Positions 41,171 through 51,126 of a stretch of DNA of 64,000 nt are shown here, in pieces. Origin of the DNA: Dehalococcoidia bacterium (GTDB lineage: Bacteria; Chloroflexota; Dehalococcoidia; UBA6926); the NCBI GenBank assembly GCA_009841045.1, contig VXMO01000043.1, forward strand, positions 58,670-122,669, read 5' to 3'. Numbering within the stretch: the stretch's first letter is position 1; each line of letters begins with the position of its first letter. Under the pieces are notes generated by a model. The model did not search any database and had not been told where the DNA came from. It worked only from the letters and a program-made list of their open reading frames with translations. Position numbers and translations under genes: made by a program.

Positions 41171-43726
41171 CTAGCCCGCCACCTCGACGGTCTCAGGAGC
41201 TTCGGGGGCTTCAGGAGTCTCAGGACTGTCGACAGACACAGTTGGCTTGGCCGGACGATGCTCGGTAACTGTGACGACAACCTCTTCATCCACGTAGTCA
41301 ACGCGGACTGTGTCCCCCTCGGCAATGTCGCCGCTCAGGATGTCATCGGAGAGCCTGTCTTCAATCATGTCCTGGATAACACGGCGAAGCGGTCTCGCGC
41401 CGTAGGTCTCGTCGTAGCCCTTTTCCCCGACATAGTAGCGTAGTGCGTCGGTAGCCTCAATGCTGATCTTCTTGGCCTCCAATTGCTTCTCCACATCCTT
41501 CATCATCAGGTCAACAATCTGGCGAATGTGATCCCGATCAAGGGAGTGGAAGACGACTTGCGCGTCAATGCGGTTGAGGAACTCAGGCCGGAAGAACTGC
41601 TTGACCTCGTCCAGCACCTTGTCCTTCATGCGCTCATAACTCAACTGGCGCATGTCGGTTTCGTCGCGTGCATACGAGAAGCCGATATTCGAGTTCTTCT
41701 TGATGACCTCCGCGCCGATGTTGGACGTCATGACAATGATGGCGTTCCGGAAATCAACCCGGCGTCCTTTCGCGTCGGTCAGGTGACCGTCGTCAAAAAT
41801 CTGCAACAGGATGTTGAAGACTTCAGGGTGGGCCTTCTCGATTTCGTCGAGGAGGATGACGCAGTAGGACTTGCGACGCACAGCCTCCGTCAACTGTCCG
41901 CCTTCATCAAAGCCGACGTACCCGGGCGGCGCGCCAACGAGTCTCGCAACGGTGTGACGCTCCATGAACTCAGACATGTCGAGCCGAATGAGCGAGTCCT
42001 CTGAGCCGAACATGAACTCGGACAGCGCGCGCACAAGCTCGGTCTTGCCAACGCCTGTCGGCCCAAGGAACAGGAACGTTCCGATGGGACGGCGCGGGTC
42101 CTTGAGCCCTGCCCTCGCGCGGCGGACGGCCTTGGAGACATTGATGATGGCCTCATGCTGCCCAATGATGCGGTCGTGCATCACCTCTTCCATGTGCAGG
42201 AGGCGCTCGCTCTCTTCGGCCGCGAGCCGTGTGACCGGGATATTGGTCCACATGCTCACGACTTGCGCGATGTCGTCCTCGGTCACCTCCGGCGTCGCGC
42301 TCTGCTGCTCGTTCTGCCACTCCTGCTCAAGGCGAGCGATGCGCTCGGCGAGGCTGACCTCGCGCTCGCGCATCTCGGCAGCGAAATCAAAATTGGCGGC
42401 GGCGACAGCGTTGTCCTTTTCGGCGCGAACACGCTCAAGCGCTCTCATCGCCTCCTTCACCGACAGCGGCATGGACGAGGCCCGAATGCGGACACGGCTG
42501 GCGGCCTCATCGATGAGGTCGATGGCCTTGTCCGGCAGGAAACGATCCGCGATGTACCGAGAGGCCAACGCAGCGGCAGCTTCCACTGCCTCATCCGTGA
42601 TAGTAAGGCTGTGGTGCTCTTCGTACTGTGACCTCACACCGCGCAGGATGGCGGCCGTGTCGTCGGACGACGGCTCCTCCACCCGGACGGGCTGGAAACG
42701 CCGCTCAAGCGCGGGGTCGCGCTCAACGTAACGGCGATAATCGTCCAGGGTGGTGGCGCCTATTGTCTGGAGCTCGCCGCGGGCAAGTGACGGCTTCAGG
42801 ATGTTAGACGCGTCGACGGCGCCTTCTGCCGCGCCCGCTCCAACGAGCGTGTGCATTTCGTCAATGAAAAGAATGATGTTCTTGGCAGAGCGAATCTCGT
42901 CGACAACCTTCTTAAGACGTTCCTCAAATTCACCACGGTACTTGGTGCCGGCGACGAGTGCGCCCATATCCAACGTGACGAGCCGTGCGCCGCTGAGCCT
43001 GTCGGGGACAGGGATATCGTAGTGCTCTTTATCCTCATCAAAGACACCCGCGATGCGGCGCGCAAGCGCTTCAACGATGGCCGTTTTACCAACACCGGGC
43101 TCGCCGATGAGAACGGGATTGTTCTTGGTGCGGCGAGAGAGTATCTGCACTACACGCTCGATTTCCTGCTGCCGCCCGACCACCGGGTCAAGTTGCCCCT
43201 CACGCGCGAGATGAGTCAGGTCGACGCCTAACTGATCAAGTGTCGGGGTGCGTGTGCCGGAGCGGCTGCCGGGCTGCCCGCCGGACTGACTCAGAATGCG
43301 CTGCGTCTCCTGCCGGACTTTGTCCAGCGTGACACCTAGACTCTCAAGAACTCCGGCGGCAACGCCGTCGCCCTCGCGCAGCAAACCGATAAGCAGATGC
43401 TCGGTTCCGATGTAGTGATGTGACATTTCGCGCGCCTCGTCGACGGCGAGTTCAATGACTTTTTTGGCGCGCGGAGTGAGACCAACATCGCTCGTCGGCT
43501 GCTTCTGGCCCCGCCCGATGATAAAAGTGACGGCAGATCGAATCTTGGAGAGATCGACACCCAAAGAGACAAGAACGCGTGTGCCGACACCCTCCGGCTC
43601 ACGGGCAAGGCCAAGAAGGACGTGCTCCGTGCCGATGTAGTTGTGGTTTAGTTCGCCTGCCTCTTCCTGTGCCAGGGAGAGAACCCGCCTGGCCCGTTCC
43701 GAGAACTTCTCAAATCTGCTCGCCAT
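41171..43726 (-). CDS. clpC: ATP-dependent Clp protease ATP-binding subunit ClpC
   Basis: Two Clp_N repeats, two AAA+ modules (GEPGVGKT; GPTGVGKT), a UVR-like middle region and a ClpB_D2-small domain. Confidence 0.95.
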   Translation of the reverse strand: MASRFEKFSERARRVLSLAQEEAGELNHNYIGTEHVLLGLAREPEGVGTRVLVSLGVDLSKIRSAVTFIIGRGQKQPTSDVGLTPRAKKVIELAVDEAREMSHHYIGTEHLLIGLLREGDGVAAGVLESLGVTLDKVRQETQRILSQSGGQPGSRSGTRTPTLDQLGVDLTHLAREGQLDPVVGRQQEIERVVQILSRRTKNNPVLIGEPGVGKTAIVEALARRIAGVFDEDKEHYDIPVPDRLSGARLVTLDMGALVAGTKYRGEFEERLKKVVDEIRSAKNIILFIDEMHTLVGAGAAEGAVDASNILKPSLARGELQTIGATTLDDYRRYVERDPALERRFQPVRVEEPSSDDTAAILRGVRSQYEEHHSLTITDEAVEAAAALASRYIADRFLPDKAIDLIDEAASRVRIRASSMPLSVKEAMRALERVRAEKDNAVAAANFDFAAEMREREVSLAERIARLEQEWQNEQQSATPEVTEDDIAQVVSMWTNIPVTRLAAEESERLLHMEEVMHDRIIGQHEAIINVSKAVRRARAGLKDPRRPIGTFLFLGPTGVGKTELVRALSEFMFGSEDSLIRLDMSEFMERHTVARLVGAPPGYVGFDEGGQLTEAVRRKSYCVILLDEIEKAHPEVFNILLQIFDDGHLTDAKGRRVDFRNAIIVMTSNIGAEVIKKNSNIGFSYARDETDMRQLSYERMKDKVLDEVKQFFRPEFLNRIDAQVVFHSLDRDHIRQIVDLMMKDVEKQLEAKKISIEATDALRYYVGEKGYDETYGARPLRRVIQDMIEDRLSDDILSGDIAEGDTVRVDYVDEEVVVTVTEHRPAKPTVSVDSPETPEAPEAPETVEVAG

Positions 43727-43777
43727 TGTTTTCTCCGCTCACCCTATGTCTGGGATTCGCGCCCGCGCATTTCTTTT

Positions 43778-44920
43778 CTATGCATCCACTTGGCGTAGGC
43801 TGAGACCCAGCCTGCGCCGCTCCGGTTCAATCCGCAGCACCTTCACCCGCCGTGTATCTCCTTCCTTGATGACCTCACGCGGATGATTGATATGGTGATC
43901 CGCCATTTCCGAGATGTGAATAAGGCCCTCTATATTACTTTGCTCCAAACGTGCAAAAGCGCCAAATACGGCCAGACGGGTCACGGTTGCCTCAACAATC
44001 TGACCCTCTTGATATGCCTCCACTTCCGCAAGCCACGGATCCGGCTGCGTGCGGCGCAGACTGAGAGAAATACGGCCCGTCTCGTGGTCAACCTTGAGGA
44101 CGTGTACCTCAAGTTCCTGCCCTGTCTGGACAATCTCTGAGGGATGTGTAACGGGTTCCCACGCAAGCTCGGACACGTGGATAAGGCCGTCCGCCCCGCC
44201 AAGATCAACAAACGCGCCGAAATCGCGCACCCCTGTCACCCGGCCCTTGCGAACTGCCCCTTCCTGCAGTTCAGCAAGCAGGGCCTGGCGCTGCTCGATT
44301 CGCATGTCCTGGGACGCGGCGCGCTCTGAGAGGATGGCGCGCTGCCGGCGACGATTAACCTCGATAACCTTGAATTGGAATTCCTCGCCAACGAGCGTAT
44401 CGAGAGCCTGCAGCTGGTCATCGCCCTCGCCGGACGCAAGTTCGCGATGCTCAGGAGACAACTGCGACAGTGGCACAAACGCCTGTACGCCTCGCGTTTC
44501 AACGAGGATGCCGCCACGATTGTGGCCGATGACCTTGCCGGTAATCAGTTCGTCGGAGTCCTTTTCCTTTTCGAGCTGACGCCACCCCCGCTCGGCCTGC
44601 GCGCGATCATACGAGAGCATGTATTGCCCGGCCTCATCGGTTCGGACAAGAGTTGCCACGATGGGATCTCCCGCCTTGAGGGCCTTTGCCTCATCCTCAG
44701 GAAGACTTCGCATTTCGCGGTACGGAATGACACCTTCGCTCTTCGCGCCGATATTTACCAAGAGTCCCTCGTCGTCAACGTGGACGATGATGCCTTCCAC
44801 GGCTTCCCCGCGGCGGAGGACGGGCATATTCTGACCTTCGGCCTCCAAAAGGCGAGCCATCTCGCTATCTTCTGGCCGTTGCGATTCCTGTTGACTACCC
44901 TCGACGGGCTCCTGGAGCAT
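43778..44920 (-). CDS. rpsA: 30S ribosomal protein S1-like, four S1 domains
   Basis: Four tandem S1/OB repeats (GEAVEGIIVHVD...; GKVIGHNRGGILVE...; GEEFQFKVIEVN...; GRVTGVRDFGAFVDL...). ATG at 44920 with an AGGGGA RBS. Confidence 0.8.
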   Translation of the reverse strand: MLQEPVEGSQQESQRPEDSEMARLLEAEGQNMPVLRRGEAVEGIIVHVDDEGLLVNIGAKSEGVIPYREMRSLPEDEAKALKAGDPIVATLVRTDEAGQYMLSYDRAQAERGWRQLEKEKDSDELITGKVIGHNRGGILVETRGVQAFVPLSQLSPEHRELASGEGDDQLQALDTLVGEEFQFKVIEVNRRRQRAILSERAASQDMRIEQRQALLAELQEGAVRKGRVTGVRDFGAFVDLGGADGLIHVSELAWEPVTHPSEIVQTGQELEVHVLKVDHETGRISLSLRRTQPDPWLAEVEAYQEGQIVEATVTRLAVFGAFARLEQSNIEGLIHISEMADHHINHPREVIKEGDTRRVKVLRIEPERRRLGLSLRQVDA

Positions 44921-45017
44921 CAAGTCCCCTGACGTTGCGCTTGAGCGCACAGTGATGGTGCAAGTATACACCGCATCGGTCACGCAACGCATTTGATTTC
45001 TTAGGTTTGACGGTATC

Positions 45018-45767
45018 GTGATGAGCATGAGTGAAGAGTGGCGTTTGCTTTTGGACGCGGGATTAACTGGGCGGGAAACTATGGCTCTGGATGAGGAGCT
45101 TGCCGCGGAAGTGGCTCAAGGAAAGTCCATCCCTGTTATACGGATCTATTCGTGGCCCTGCCCCGCGGTGTCGCTGGGGCGACATCAAAAGAGTGAGGAG
45201 CTGCTTGACGTTCAGCGCTGCGAGCAGTCGGGCATCGAGATCGTGCGACGCCCAACAGGTGGTAAGGCAATCCTGCACTCTGTTGGCGACATCACTTACA
45301 GCGTTATCGCACTCGTTGACGATGAGCCGTTCTCGCGCGATGTGCTGGCCGGCTATGCAGCCGTCAACAGAGCGTTGGTGGCCGGACTGGAGATGCTGGG
45401 CATTCGCGCTTCTGTACGGGACCCGGCACCTATCTGGCCGGAAACCGGCGTTGATTTCGGCTGTTTCGAGTCTCCCGGGCGGCATGAGGTGTATTGGGCG
45501 GGCCGAAAACTGGTGGCCAGCGCGCAGCGCCGTACGGCAGGCGTCGTTCTCCAACACGGGACGATCCCGTTAGCAGAGGCAGGATCGGGACTGGCTGACT
45601 TCCTACATCTCGACCCGGGGCGCCGTGAACGATTCCGCCGGGACCTGAATGACCGTACGGGAGCACTGGCAAATGCACTCGATAGGATTCCCGAATTTAG
45701 AGAGGTGGCCCACGCCCTGAGCGAGGGTTTCAGGGGTGCCTGGAAGTTGTCATTCCAAACGGAGTGA
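45018..45767 (+). CDS. Lipoate-protein ligase / octanoyltransferase (BPL_LplA_LipB catalytic domain)
   Basis: LDEELAAEV...PVIRIYSWPCPAVSLGRHQ...GIEIVRRPTGGKAILHS. Matches the LplA/LipM catalytic core. Confidence 0.7.
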   Translation: MMSMSEEWRLLLDAGLTGRETMALDEELAAEVAQGKSIPVIRIYSWPCPAVSLGRHQKSEELLDVQRCEQSGIEIVRRPTGGKAILHSVGDITYSVIALVDDEPFSRDVLAGYAAVNRALVAGLEMLGIRASVRDPAPIWPETGVDFGCFESPGRHEVYWAGRKLVASAQRRTAGVVLQHGTIPLAEAGSGLADFLHLDPGRRERFRRDLNDRTGALANALDRIPEFREVAHALSEGFRGAWKLSFQTE

Positions 45768-45774
45768 CGCATCC

Positions 45775-45834
45775 GGAATCTTCATTGAGTAACCAGTGGA
45801 GTCCTTGGATTCTTCGCTGCGCTTAGAGTGACGG
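45775..45834. repeat. S-type palindromic repeat unit, reverse orientation
   Basis: ggagtccttggattcttcgctgcgcttagagtgac is the reverse complement of the S unit. Confidence 0.45.
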
Positions 45835-45867
45835 ACAAGGCGGCGCGCCAGGGTATACGCTTTCTGA

Positions 45868-47418
45868 ATGACGCTCGGCCAAAGACTCCGTTCAGGCCCC
45901 CAGTACAAGTGGTTAGTGCTTGTGACGGTCGGGCTTGGCATTCTGACGAGCACCGTTGATGGCTCAATCACGAACATTGCCCTGCCTGAACTAGGCAAGG
46001 TCTTTGGCGTCGACCCCAGCGTCATCTTGTGGGTGAGCGTCGCCTACTTGCTGGCGAGCATCGGTCTCATGCTGACCCTGGGTAGCCTGGGCGACGCCAT
46101 CGGTCGCAAACAGGTCTTCCTGACAGGGTTTCTCGTCTTCGGTATCGGGTTGGTGATTACGCCGCTCAGCACAACACTGCCGATGCTGCTGTTTGGACGA
46201 GTCGTGCAGGGCATCGGGCAGGCAATGATTCTCGCCAACGGCAACGCTCTCGTGGTTGACGCGTTTCCTGATTCGGAACGCGGGCGCGCGATTGGAATGG
46301 AGAACGCTTTCGTCGGAGTGGGTCTGGCGAGCGGCCCACCCCTTGGAGGATTCCTGCTCGATCTCTGGGGTTGGCAATCGCTGTTCTGGACACGAGCCCC
46401 ATTCATGGCGGCATTCTTCGTAATGGGGCTGCTGTTCCTGAGAAATGACCGGCAGGAAGGCAACCACGTCCGATTCGACATCCTCGGTGCGGTGGCCCTG
46501 TTTGGGTTCATTTCTGCGTTCCTGCTTGCATTGAACCGCGGGCCCAAGCTGGGATGGACGGAGCCGGTCATCATTGGAATGGGAACGCTTGCCATTGTGA
46601 TGTTCATTGGATTCCTGTTCGTGGAGTCGCGCCAGCGCATGCCAATTATGGAGATTCAGATGCGGGGCATTCGGTTCTTGCGTGATCACCTGCCTGTGCT
46701 GGAACTGACCCTCTTTCGCAACCGTATGTTCTCTTTCGCGAACGCCACGAACGCGCTCCAGTTTTTGAGTCAAGGTGCAATAGTTATCCTGCTCCCCTTC
46801 TTCCTGCTTGAGGGGCGAGGATTCACCGCGACCGAAGCCGGATTGATCCTTATTACGCTGCCTGTGGTTCGGCTGGTCGTTGCTCCTGTCGCAGGTTGGG
46901 CGGCGGACAAGGCGCCGTCACGGATCGTGTCCACGTTCGGATTGCTCGTGATGACAGGCGCGTATTTTGGGTTGCGGAGCGTCGGCATAGACACCCCCGT
47001 AGCACTTCTGGTGACACTACTCCTGCTGGAGGGGACCGGCAGCTCGATCTTCGGGCCGGGCAATAACAGCGCGATCATGGGCTCCGTCCCGCCATCGCAC
47101 CTAGGTACGGCCTCCGGGATGATCGGCACGGTGCGTCAGATCAGCATGGCAACAGGCATCGCGGTGGCAGGCACGTTGTACGCCGTTATCCAAAGCAATG
47201 AAGAATCTCGGCTGTTAGAGGCAGGAGTAGCAGCCGAGGAGGCGCTCAGTCGCTCAGTCACCATGGGATTCCAGGACGTACTGACAATCATGGTCGTCAC
47301 GCTTGTGGCTGCCATCTTCGTGTCCATAGTGCGTGGTAAGGATCCGCCGCATCGCGATCTCCCGCGCGGCGGACGCGGCATGGGAGCGCCCGCGGCCCAG
47401 CGGCAGGGATCGGCATAG
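45868..47418 (+). CDS. MFS transporter, DHA2 (14-TMS) drug:H+ antiporter-like
   Basis: 14 predicted TM segments. MFS motifs (GDAIGRKQVFL, GLVITPLS). Confidence 0.8.
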   Translation: MTLGQRLRSGPQYKWLVLVTVGLGILTSTVDGSITNIALPELGKVFGVDPSVILWVSVAYLLASIGLMLTLGSLGDAIGRKQVFLTGFLVFGIGLVITPLSTTLPMLLFGRVVQGIGQAMILANGNALVVDAFPDSERGRAIGMENAFVGVGLASGPPLGGFLLDLWGWQSLFWTRAPFMAAFFVMGLLFLRNDRQEGNHVRFDILGAVALFGFISAFLLALNRGPKLGWTEPVIIGMGTLAIVMFIGFLFVESRQRMPIMEIQMRGIRFLRDHLPVLELTLFRNRMFSFANATNALQFLSQGAIVILLPFFLLEGRGFTATEAGLILITLPVVRLVVAPVAGWAADKAPSRIVSTFGLLVMTGAYFGLRSVGIDTPVALLVTLLLLEGTGSSIFGPGNNSAIMGSVPPSHLGTASGMIGTVRQISMATGIAVAGTLYAVIQSNEESRLLEAGVAAEEALSRSVTMGFQDVLTIMVVTLVAAIFVSIVRGKDPPHRDLPRGGRGMGAPAAQRQGSA

Positions 47419-47430
47419 GCCGTTCAGCTT

Positions 47431-48942
47431 TTGAGACAACTGACGGATAGGCTGCGTACGGCCGGCTACTACAAATGGCTCGTGCTTCTCACGGTTGGCG
47501 TGAGCATCCTCACAAGCGCCTTCGATGTGGGAATAACGAACATAGCGCTACCCGAGCTGGGGCGAGAGTTCGATGTCGAACCGGATGTCATCCTCTGGGT
47601 AAGCGTCATCTACCTGCTGGCAAGCCTCGGGTTGAGCTTGACGTTTGGCAGCCTGGGCGACGCGATTGGCCGGAAGCAGGTCTTCTTGAGCGGCTTCCTA
47701 GTGTTTGGTCTTGGACTGGTCATTGCCGCCCTGAGCACAACCCTTCCGATGCTGCTGGTTGCCCGCGTGATTCAGGGTATCGGGTTGGCGCTGTTCATCT
47801 CCAACAGCGACGCTATCGTCGTCGGGGCCTTTCCTGAAGCCGAACGCGCGCGAGCAATCGGGCTAGAGAACGTCTTCGTAGGAATAGGCCTTTCAATTGG
47901 CCCGCTGCTGGGAGGATTCCTACTGGACGTGCTCGGTTGGCAGGCGCTCTTCTACACGCGCATCCCCTTCATCTTGCTGTTCTTTGTAATGGGGCTCGTC
48001 ATTCTGCGAAACGACCGAACGGAGGGCCGACACGTCCGGTTCGACTTCTTTGGCGCAATCCTGCTGTTCATCTTCATGACAACATTCCTGCTCGCGCTCA
48101 ACCGCGGACCGATTCTAGGTTGGTCGGAGCCTCTCATCATTGGCTTCACGACAGCTGCGGCTGCCACGTTTGCCGTGTTCATGTACGTGCAGTCGAGACC
48201 GGACATGATAGTTCTCCAGATTCGCAGGAACGGCGTTCAATTCCTGCGCGAACGTCTACCTATCCTCGAGTTGAACCTGTTCCTAATCCGCCAGTTCTCC
48301 GCGTCAAATGCCACCAACACGCTCCAGTTCATCACGCAGGGTGCACTCATCATTCTGCTTCCGTTCTTCCTTCTGGACGGGCGCGGCCTGACAGCGACGG
48401 AAGCGGGCCTGATACTCGTCACCCTGCCAGTCGTACGGCTTTTCGTCGCTCCATCTGCCGGATGGGTAGCAGACAAGATCCCGACGCGAGTGATTGCCAC
48501 CTTTGGACTCGCTCTGATGACGGTGGCCTACTATGCGCTGACATATATCGGAATCGATACGCACATCGCCATCTTTGTGGTCGTTCTGATGTCTCTGGGA
48601 ACGGGCATCTCCATCTTTGAGCCGGGCAACAACACCGCCCTCGTCAGTTCCGTACCACCTCATCGACTCGGAACAGCCTCCGCCATGATAGCCACCGTCA
48701 GGCAGGTCAGCCAGGCAACAGGCATCGCCATAGCAGGAACACTCTTTGCCGTCATTCAGCGCGATGAAGAAGCGAGGCTCCTAGGCGCTGAAGTGGACGC
48801 GGGAACGGCAATGGCTCAGTCAGTAACCACGGGCTACCAGGACGTCATTACGTACCTGACAGTGCTGCTCGTGGTAGCGATATTCGTGTCCGCGCTCCGC
48901 GGACGGGACCCGGTGCGTGTGAGCGCTACACCCCAACCATGA
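47431..48942 (+). CDS. MFS transporter, tandem paralog of the preceding gene
   Basis: Roughly 60% identical to the upstream MFS protein over the full length, with the same topology. Confidence 0.8.
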   Translation: MRQLTDRLRTAGYYKWLVLLTVGVSILTSAFDVGITNIALPELGREFDVEPDVILWVSVIYLLASLGLSLTFGSLGDAIGRKQVFLSGFLVFGLGLVIAALSTTLPMLLVARVIQGIGLALFISNSDAIVVGAFPEAERARAIGLENVFVGIGLSIGPLLGGFLLDVLGWQALFYTRIPFILLFFVMGLVILRNDRTEGRHVRFDFFGAILLFIFMTTFLLALNRGPILGWSEPLIIGFTTAAAATFAVFMYVQSRPDMIVLQIRRNGVQFLRERLPILELNLFLIRQFSASNATNTLQFITQGALIILLPFFLLDGRGLTATEAGLILVTLPVVRLFVAPSAGWVADKIPTRVIATFGLALMTVAYYALTYIGIDTHIAIFVVVLMSLGTGISIFEPGNNTALVSSVPPHRLGTASAMIATVRQVSQATGIAIAGTLFAVIQRDEEARLLGAEVDAGTAMAQSVTTGYQDVITYLTVLLVVAIFVSALRGRDPVRVSATPQP

Positions 48943-48981
48943 CCTCCCAATTAGGAGGAGGACAAGTCATGCTGGTACTGG

Positions 48982-49446
48982 TTAGCCGGAGAGGCCCCTG
49001 ACAGCTTCCAGTGCTTCATTCGCGTGACGCTCCATGTCACCGGGATCATCGATGATATGACGGAGGATGCCCTCCTTGTCGATGACGTAGGTGACGCGGC
49101 GGATCATACTGCGCTCTTCATTCCACGCCCCGAGCGTCTTGGCCGCCTCATGGCTTGGATAACCGCTAACGAGCCTGTAGCTCAGACCACAATGCTCCGC
49201 AAACGCTGCCTGGCTCGGAATCAAATCGACGCTTGAACCCCAGACCTGGGTGTTGAGCTTTCGGAATTCCTCGTGCAAACGCTCGAATTCCCTCAGCTCA
49301 CGCTCTCAACCACCTGTAAATGCGGCGGCGTAAAACGCGATGACAAGGTTCTCCTCACCCTTGAGGTCTGCGGTACTGATCGTCTCTCGAAATCCGGATG
49401 TAAAAGTCAGATCCGGCAGTGGCTGTCCGATTTCAGGCATGGTCAT
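48982..49446 (-). CDS. Bcp/PrxQ-type peroxiredoxin with in-frame UGA (putative selenocysteine) at the peroxidatic position
   Basis: 155-codon frame MTMPEIGQPLPDLTFTSGFRETISTADLKGEENLVIAFYAAAFTGG[UGA]ERELREF...GYPSHEAAKTLGAW...VTYVIDKEGILRHIIDD aligns end to end with E. coli Bcp. The UGA (49306-49308) falls on Bcp Cys45. A 30-nt hairpin starts 13 nt 3' of the UGA. ATG at 49446 has a GGGGGA RBS. Confidence 0.6.
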
Positions 49447-49524
49447 GGTCTGTTCAATCCCCCGTTCGTCGCGGCTAATTCACTTGTGCCGCGCCATCAT
49501 CGTAGCGCGTTGATGTGCTGTCTG

Positions 49525-50004
49525 TCAGCGCAGGACGCCCCGTCTCTCCTTGGGTGCGTGGCAATACCACACCCGACCCGCAAGAGCATCGCGTGTGACC
49601 ACGCCAAATGCGCGACTGTCTCTGCTGTCACCGCGATTGTCGCCGAGCAGAACAAAATCATCCTCCCCGGTTGTCCACTCCGCGCCATCGCCGGAATTCG
49701 GCCTCGACGGAGCGCGTGAGACATACGACTCCGGCAGCGGCTGACCGTTCACGTAAATCGCTCCGTCTACCATTGCGATTTGCTCATTTGGCAGACCGCA
49801 AACCCGTTTAATGGATACCCCTCCGGATTCCGGTTCCCTGAATGCCACAACGTCACCCCTTTGCGGCACTCCACCGGGGAAACGCCGAGACACCAGAACC
49901 ATGTCGCCCTCCAGCAGATATGGTTCCATGCTATGGCCGACCACGCGGAACCGGAGGGAGCTGAACAGATCCAGCAGGCGTGGAGGATGCAGCCACCAGG
50001 GCAT
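49525..50004 (-). CDS. sodX: S26-family signal-peptidase-like protease, probable Ni-SOD maturation peptidase SodX
   Basis: S26 catalytic Ser/Lys motifs (VVGHSMEPYL, GDNRGDSRDSR), no convincing N-terminal TM anchor, divergently adjacent to sodN. Confidence 0.6.
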   Translation of the reverse strand: MPWWLHPPRLLDLFSSLRFRVVGHSMEPYLLEGDMVLVSRRFPGGVPQRGDVVAFREPESGGVSIKRVCGLPNEQIAMVDGAIYVNGQPLPESYVSRAPSRPNSGDGAEWTTGEDDFVLLGDNRGDSRDSRAFGVVTRDALAGRVWYCHAPKERRGVLR

Positions 50005-50123
50005 CAGAGGCGCCCTGCAATGCCAGCGGCATTCCTTGCCCTTTGAGTGGGGGCTACCGTACAATCTTTCACGTTTGAATCCGCTTAAGCCAACTTGAAA
50101 ACTGGGGACGATAGGAGGAAGAA

Positions 50124-50618
50124 ATGTCCGCACTCAGTATAGCCCTGCGAGCGATTGAAAGGTTCTCACCCGCCAAGCCGGCGAACGCGCACTGCGATAT
50201 CCCATGCGGTATCTATGATCCGCACGCGGCCCAAATTGCGGCGCATACGGTCGTGCGAATGGTGAACTTGATTGAGGATCTGGGCGAGGTCTCAGACGCC
50301 GAGTCGCGCAACAAACTCATACGCTACATCGCCGTCAAGGAAGAGCACGCTGAGCTCGCCAAGAAGGAACTCCGCATCCTGTGGGGTGACTATTTCCGCC
50401 CCGAGCACCTGGAGCAGCATCCGAACCTGCACAACCTGTTCTTCACTGCCATGAAGCAGGGCTCCGCCGCGCGCCAGAGCGTGAGCATGGAGAACGCGCA
50501 GGCTTTGGTAGCAACGGTGCAGGAAATCGCCGAGATTTTCTGGGCCACCAAGGGTGCGGAGACATCCCGACAGCCGTCTCGTCAGACCTCCGGCGGGGAG
50601 ATCGTCTATCCCGCGTAG
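50124..50618 (+). CDS. sodN: Nickel-containing superoxide dismutase precursor
   Basis: Ni-hook motif HCDIPCGIYDP preceded by a 22-aa N-terminal propeptide (MSALSIALRAIERFSPAKPANA). Four-helix bundle remainder (...ELAKKELRILWGDYF...). Confidence 0.9.
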   Translation: MSALSIALRAIERFSPAKPANAHCDIPCGIYDPHAAQIAAHTVVRMVNLIEDLGEVSDAESRNKLIRYIAVKEEHAELAKKELRILWGDYFRPEHLEQHPNLHNLFFTAMKQGSAARQSVSMENAQALVATVQEIAEIFWATKGAETSRQPSRQTSGGEIVYPA

Positions 50619-50637
50619 CTACCACAGGGGCGCGAGG

Positions 50638-51099
50638 TCACGGATACCCAATATCCCGATCAAAGGACGGCTCTGAATTAACCTGCCCCCCGGCGTTTAG
50701 ATACCATCCGTAGTTCCCGCTGGGCGCGTTCGTCGCGCCCACGTTGAGCGTGGTTTCGGCGGATGTGATCGCGGCCGTGGATTCCAGCCCGCCGTGCTCC
50801 GAGAGTAGCTCGAAGGCGAGCCAGGAGCAGATTTCCCCTCCGTCAGAGCCGTCGCACTGGTAGCCTGCCGCATTCCCCTCCCGTGGCGCGCCAATCTCGC
50901 CGGAGAGGGTTGGCCACTCTGGTTGGGGAAAGACTCGGCTCTCCTGATAGATAGGAATGGCGTCCTGAAGCAGAGATCGGTCGGCCTCATGAGCGCGTTC
51001 GCCGAGGATGCCGCGGATGGTCGGCGCAAGCAGGATGGCAAGTGCAACCAGAACGATGATGATGACGAGGGCGGATAGTTCCCTGGTGAACCGTCGCAC
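50638..51099 (-). CDS. Hypothetical membrane-anchored protein (N-terminal TM, Gly/Ser/Asn-rich ectodomain)
   Basis: Single N-terminal TM helix (LSALVIIIVLVALAILL). No recognisable domain. Co-directional with the small HTH gene upstream. Confidence 0.3.
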   Translation of the reverse strand: MRRFTRELSALVIIIVLVALAILLAPTIRGILGERAHEADRSLLQDAIPIYQESRVFPQPEWPTLSGEIGAPREGNAAGYQCDGSDGGEICSWLAFELLSEHGGLESTAAITSAETTLNVGATNAPSGNYGWYLNAGGQVNSEPSFDRDIGYP

Positions 51100-51126
51100 G
51101 ATGGGGCCTTAGTGGGCCGCCGCCGC

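Noticed and set aside
49273-49719. 148-aa plus-strand ORF between the Prx and the sodX-like gene
   Set aside because: Antisense to the N-terminal exon of the Bcp-like gene and to the sodX-like gene. No homology.
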